IMG/VR virus record: IMGVR_UViG_3300022909_001078
Coordinates: 1 to 49,985 of that record
Reading direction: 5' to 3' (one strand)
DNA length: 49,985 nt
Source of the DNA: a virus
Taxonomy: Duplodnaviria; Caudoviricetes
Below, one piece after another: positions 48,275-49,985 of this stretch (positions are counted from its first letter, which is position 1; each line of letters starts with the position of its first letter). A program made the translations under genes and the position numbers. A model generated the notes under the pieces. The model saw only the letters and a list, made by a program, of their open reading frames with translations, made no database searches and was not told where the DNA came from.

Positions 48275-49985
48275 TTACATCATTAATGCTAGTACTTCAA
48301 TAACGCCTTCTCCGCCTTCATTTGCTTCAATTGCCTTACCAATTACTGTACCCATTGCAGCTTCATTGTTAGCCATTGCCATACCATTTCCTGCACTTAC
48401 CATTAAGTCACCTGCGTTTACAACACCTGTTACTTTACACGGTACACGCCCTGCTAGTGCTAGTGCAACACCTTCTTGGTCTGCGTTCATTAAGTGTGCT
48501 GGATCTGTTGAAACAATACCTGCTACTGTTCTACAGTTTTCAGTATCACAAGCTGCAAGTTTGCCTTCACCTGCAAAGTGTACCACTGTGCCTGGCTCAA
48601 TTTCTGCATCTGCAGCATACATCTCAGCCAAGTCAGCGTATCTAGCAGCAGTTGATGTACCACTAAAAATACTTGTAGAAAGTGTGTTACTACTTGGATT
48701 ATATGTTAATCCAGTATCACTGTTTGGACGCTGGTTTCCACTAGTACCACCAGTAAAAATTAAGTAATGAGTAGAGTTTGTACTATTATCTGCTGCAACA
48801 TTAAAATTTGTTGCATTAGTAGCTGTACCACTTAGTGAAGCAGTTATAGTACCAGCACTGAAGTTACCTGAACCATCTCTAAACACTATAGTTGAACCAG
48901 TGTTTGCGTTTGTAGCATTTGATGTAACAGTAAATGTTCCACCTTCACTACTTACACTACCACTAATACCACTACCACTTGTAGCACCTGCTGCAACATA
49001 ATTGCCAGTTGTATCAGTTCCAAGGGCAACACTATTAGCTGCAACTGTAGTAGAGATGCTTACGTTACCCAAATTGGTCATTGTAGCAGAACCAGTAACA
49101 TCACCAGTTAAGGAAATAGTTGGATCGTTTACATTTAAGTCAATTGTTCCATCACCATCCTGATACGTAACAGAAATACCTGATTCAGTATTACTACTAA
49201 ACATTGCACCAGTAACATCTTGAATATACTCTTCAATACCGTCAATATTTCCAACAACGTGATTGTGACTATCGTCTGCAACCGTAACGGTTAGTGATAC
49301 GTTACCACTACCATCAACACTTGCACTACCTGAGGCATCACCTGCTAGACTTAGTGTACGAGCTGTTTCCCAAGCACTTGCTGTAGTTGCGTTTCCACTT
49401 AGAGCACCTTCAAATGTGTTTGCTACAACTGTACCACTACTAATTGTTAAGTCACCTGTACTTGCACCTGTAGCAGTTGTTGTACCAAAAACAAATTTGT
49501 CAGCACTTTCATCCCAACCCATAAATGCGTTGTCACCAGTTGAACCACGCTCTATTACTATACCACTGTCATTAGCATTTGAACCTGCACCATTGTTTAA
49601 TTCAATCAAGTTATCACTTATAACTGTATTAGTTGTTGATAGTGTAGTTGTTGTACCATTTACAGTAAGATCACCACTTAGTGTTAAGTTTACACCAGTT
49701 GCAGTTCCAGTAAACGCTGGACCTGCTAAACGTGCAAGGTCAGCAGTATCACTTAAATCTGTACTTGCTATTGTTATATTAGCAGTACCGTCAAAACTGT
49801 TACCAGCAATTGTACGTGCAGTTTCAAGTGCAGTAGCTGTTGATGCATTTCCTGTTAGTGCACCAATAAACACATCACTACTTAATGATCCAGTACTTGG
49901 ATTATAAGTTAAGTCTGCGTCATGATGTACAGCGGTAACTGCACCACTAGTAATATCACCAAAGTAAAGTTGTTCTTCTGCGTTT
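48275..49985 (-). CDS. Tail fibre protein, 5'-truncated by window edge
   Basis: Frame is open to the window end (NAEEQLYFGD...); shares modules with the other two fibres. Confidence 0.75.
   Translation of the reverse strand, partial: NAEEQLYFGDITSGAVTAVHHDADLTYNPSTGSLSSDVFIGALTGNASTATALETARTIAGNSFDGTANITIASTDLSDTADLARLAGPAFTGTATGVNLTLSGDLTVNGTTTTLSTTNTVISDNLIELNNGAGSNANDSGIVIERGSTGDNAFMGWDESADKFVFGTTTATGASTGDLTISSGTVVANTFEGALSGNATTASAWETARTLSLAGDASGSASVDGSGNVSLTVTVADDSHNHVVGNIDGIEEYIQDVTGAMFSSNTESGISVTYQDGDGTIDLNVNDPTISLTGDVTGSATMTNLGNVSISTTVAANSVALGTDTTGNYVAAGATSGSGISGSVSSEGGTFTVTSNATNANTGSTIVFRDGSGNFSAGTITASLSGTATNATNFNVAADNSTNSTHYLIFTGGTSGNQRPNSDTGLTYNPSSNTLSTSIFSGTSTAARYADLAEMYAADAEIEPGTVVHFAGEGKLAACDTENCRTVAGIVSTDPAHLMNADQEGVALALAGRVPCKVTGVVNAGDLMVSAGNGMAMANNEAAMGTVIGKAIEANEGGEGVIEVLALMM

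Noticed and set aside
43950-48925. Diversity-generating retroelement (TR/VR pair) suggested by the Mtd_N-like domain and repeated fibre segments
   Set aside because: Both copies lie in coding fibres, mismatches are mostly synonymous and not adenine-specific, and no reverse transcriptase is in the window
44109-49907. Long plus-strand ORFs opposite the tail fibres (also opposite the sheath, gp32, 26715-27272 and 36244-36687)
   Set aside because: Antisense shadows produced by Thr/Gly/Ser/Ala codon bias; no SD, promoter or recognisable motifs
1-49985. Stop-codon reassignment as in some large phages
   Set aside because: Core genes are full length in code 11, and TAG, TGA and TAA all terminate genes at expected ends
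1-49985. tRNA genes or CRISPR array
   Set aside because: Intergenic gaps are short and explained by promoters, terminators and the riboswitch; no cloverleaf or spaced direct repeats were seen by eye

Overview
Segment of a large AT-rich T4-like myovirus (uncultured, probably aquatic) genome using the standard genetic code. 1-14.4 kb is a dense glycan/small-molecule modification island: glycosyltransferases, four KpsS/KpsC-like paralogues, a sulfotransferase, methyltransferases, a kinase-methyltransferase fusion, a 2OG-Fe(II) oxygenase, a cytidylyltransferase-cupin and radical SAM enzymes. Next come uvsY, uvsX and gp32, terminase, candidate head internal proteins, gp4, tail tube and sheath, dNMP kinase, gp13, DNA ligase, gp14/gp15, a Nudix hydrolase and three mosaic tail-fibre genes. 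The most notable signals outside the ORF track are: (1) a glnA-type (class I) glutamine riboswitch starting at a late promoter and preceding an unannotated 34-aa basic peptide; (2) a repeated TAAATA-N5-ATG architecture implying leaderless late mRNAs, including an 18-bp perfect palindrome that holds two promoters and two start codons; (3) an AGGCAC leader motif shared by gp32 and uvsX. All functional calls come from motif recognition; no searches were run.
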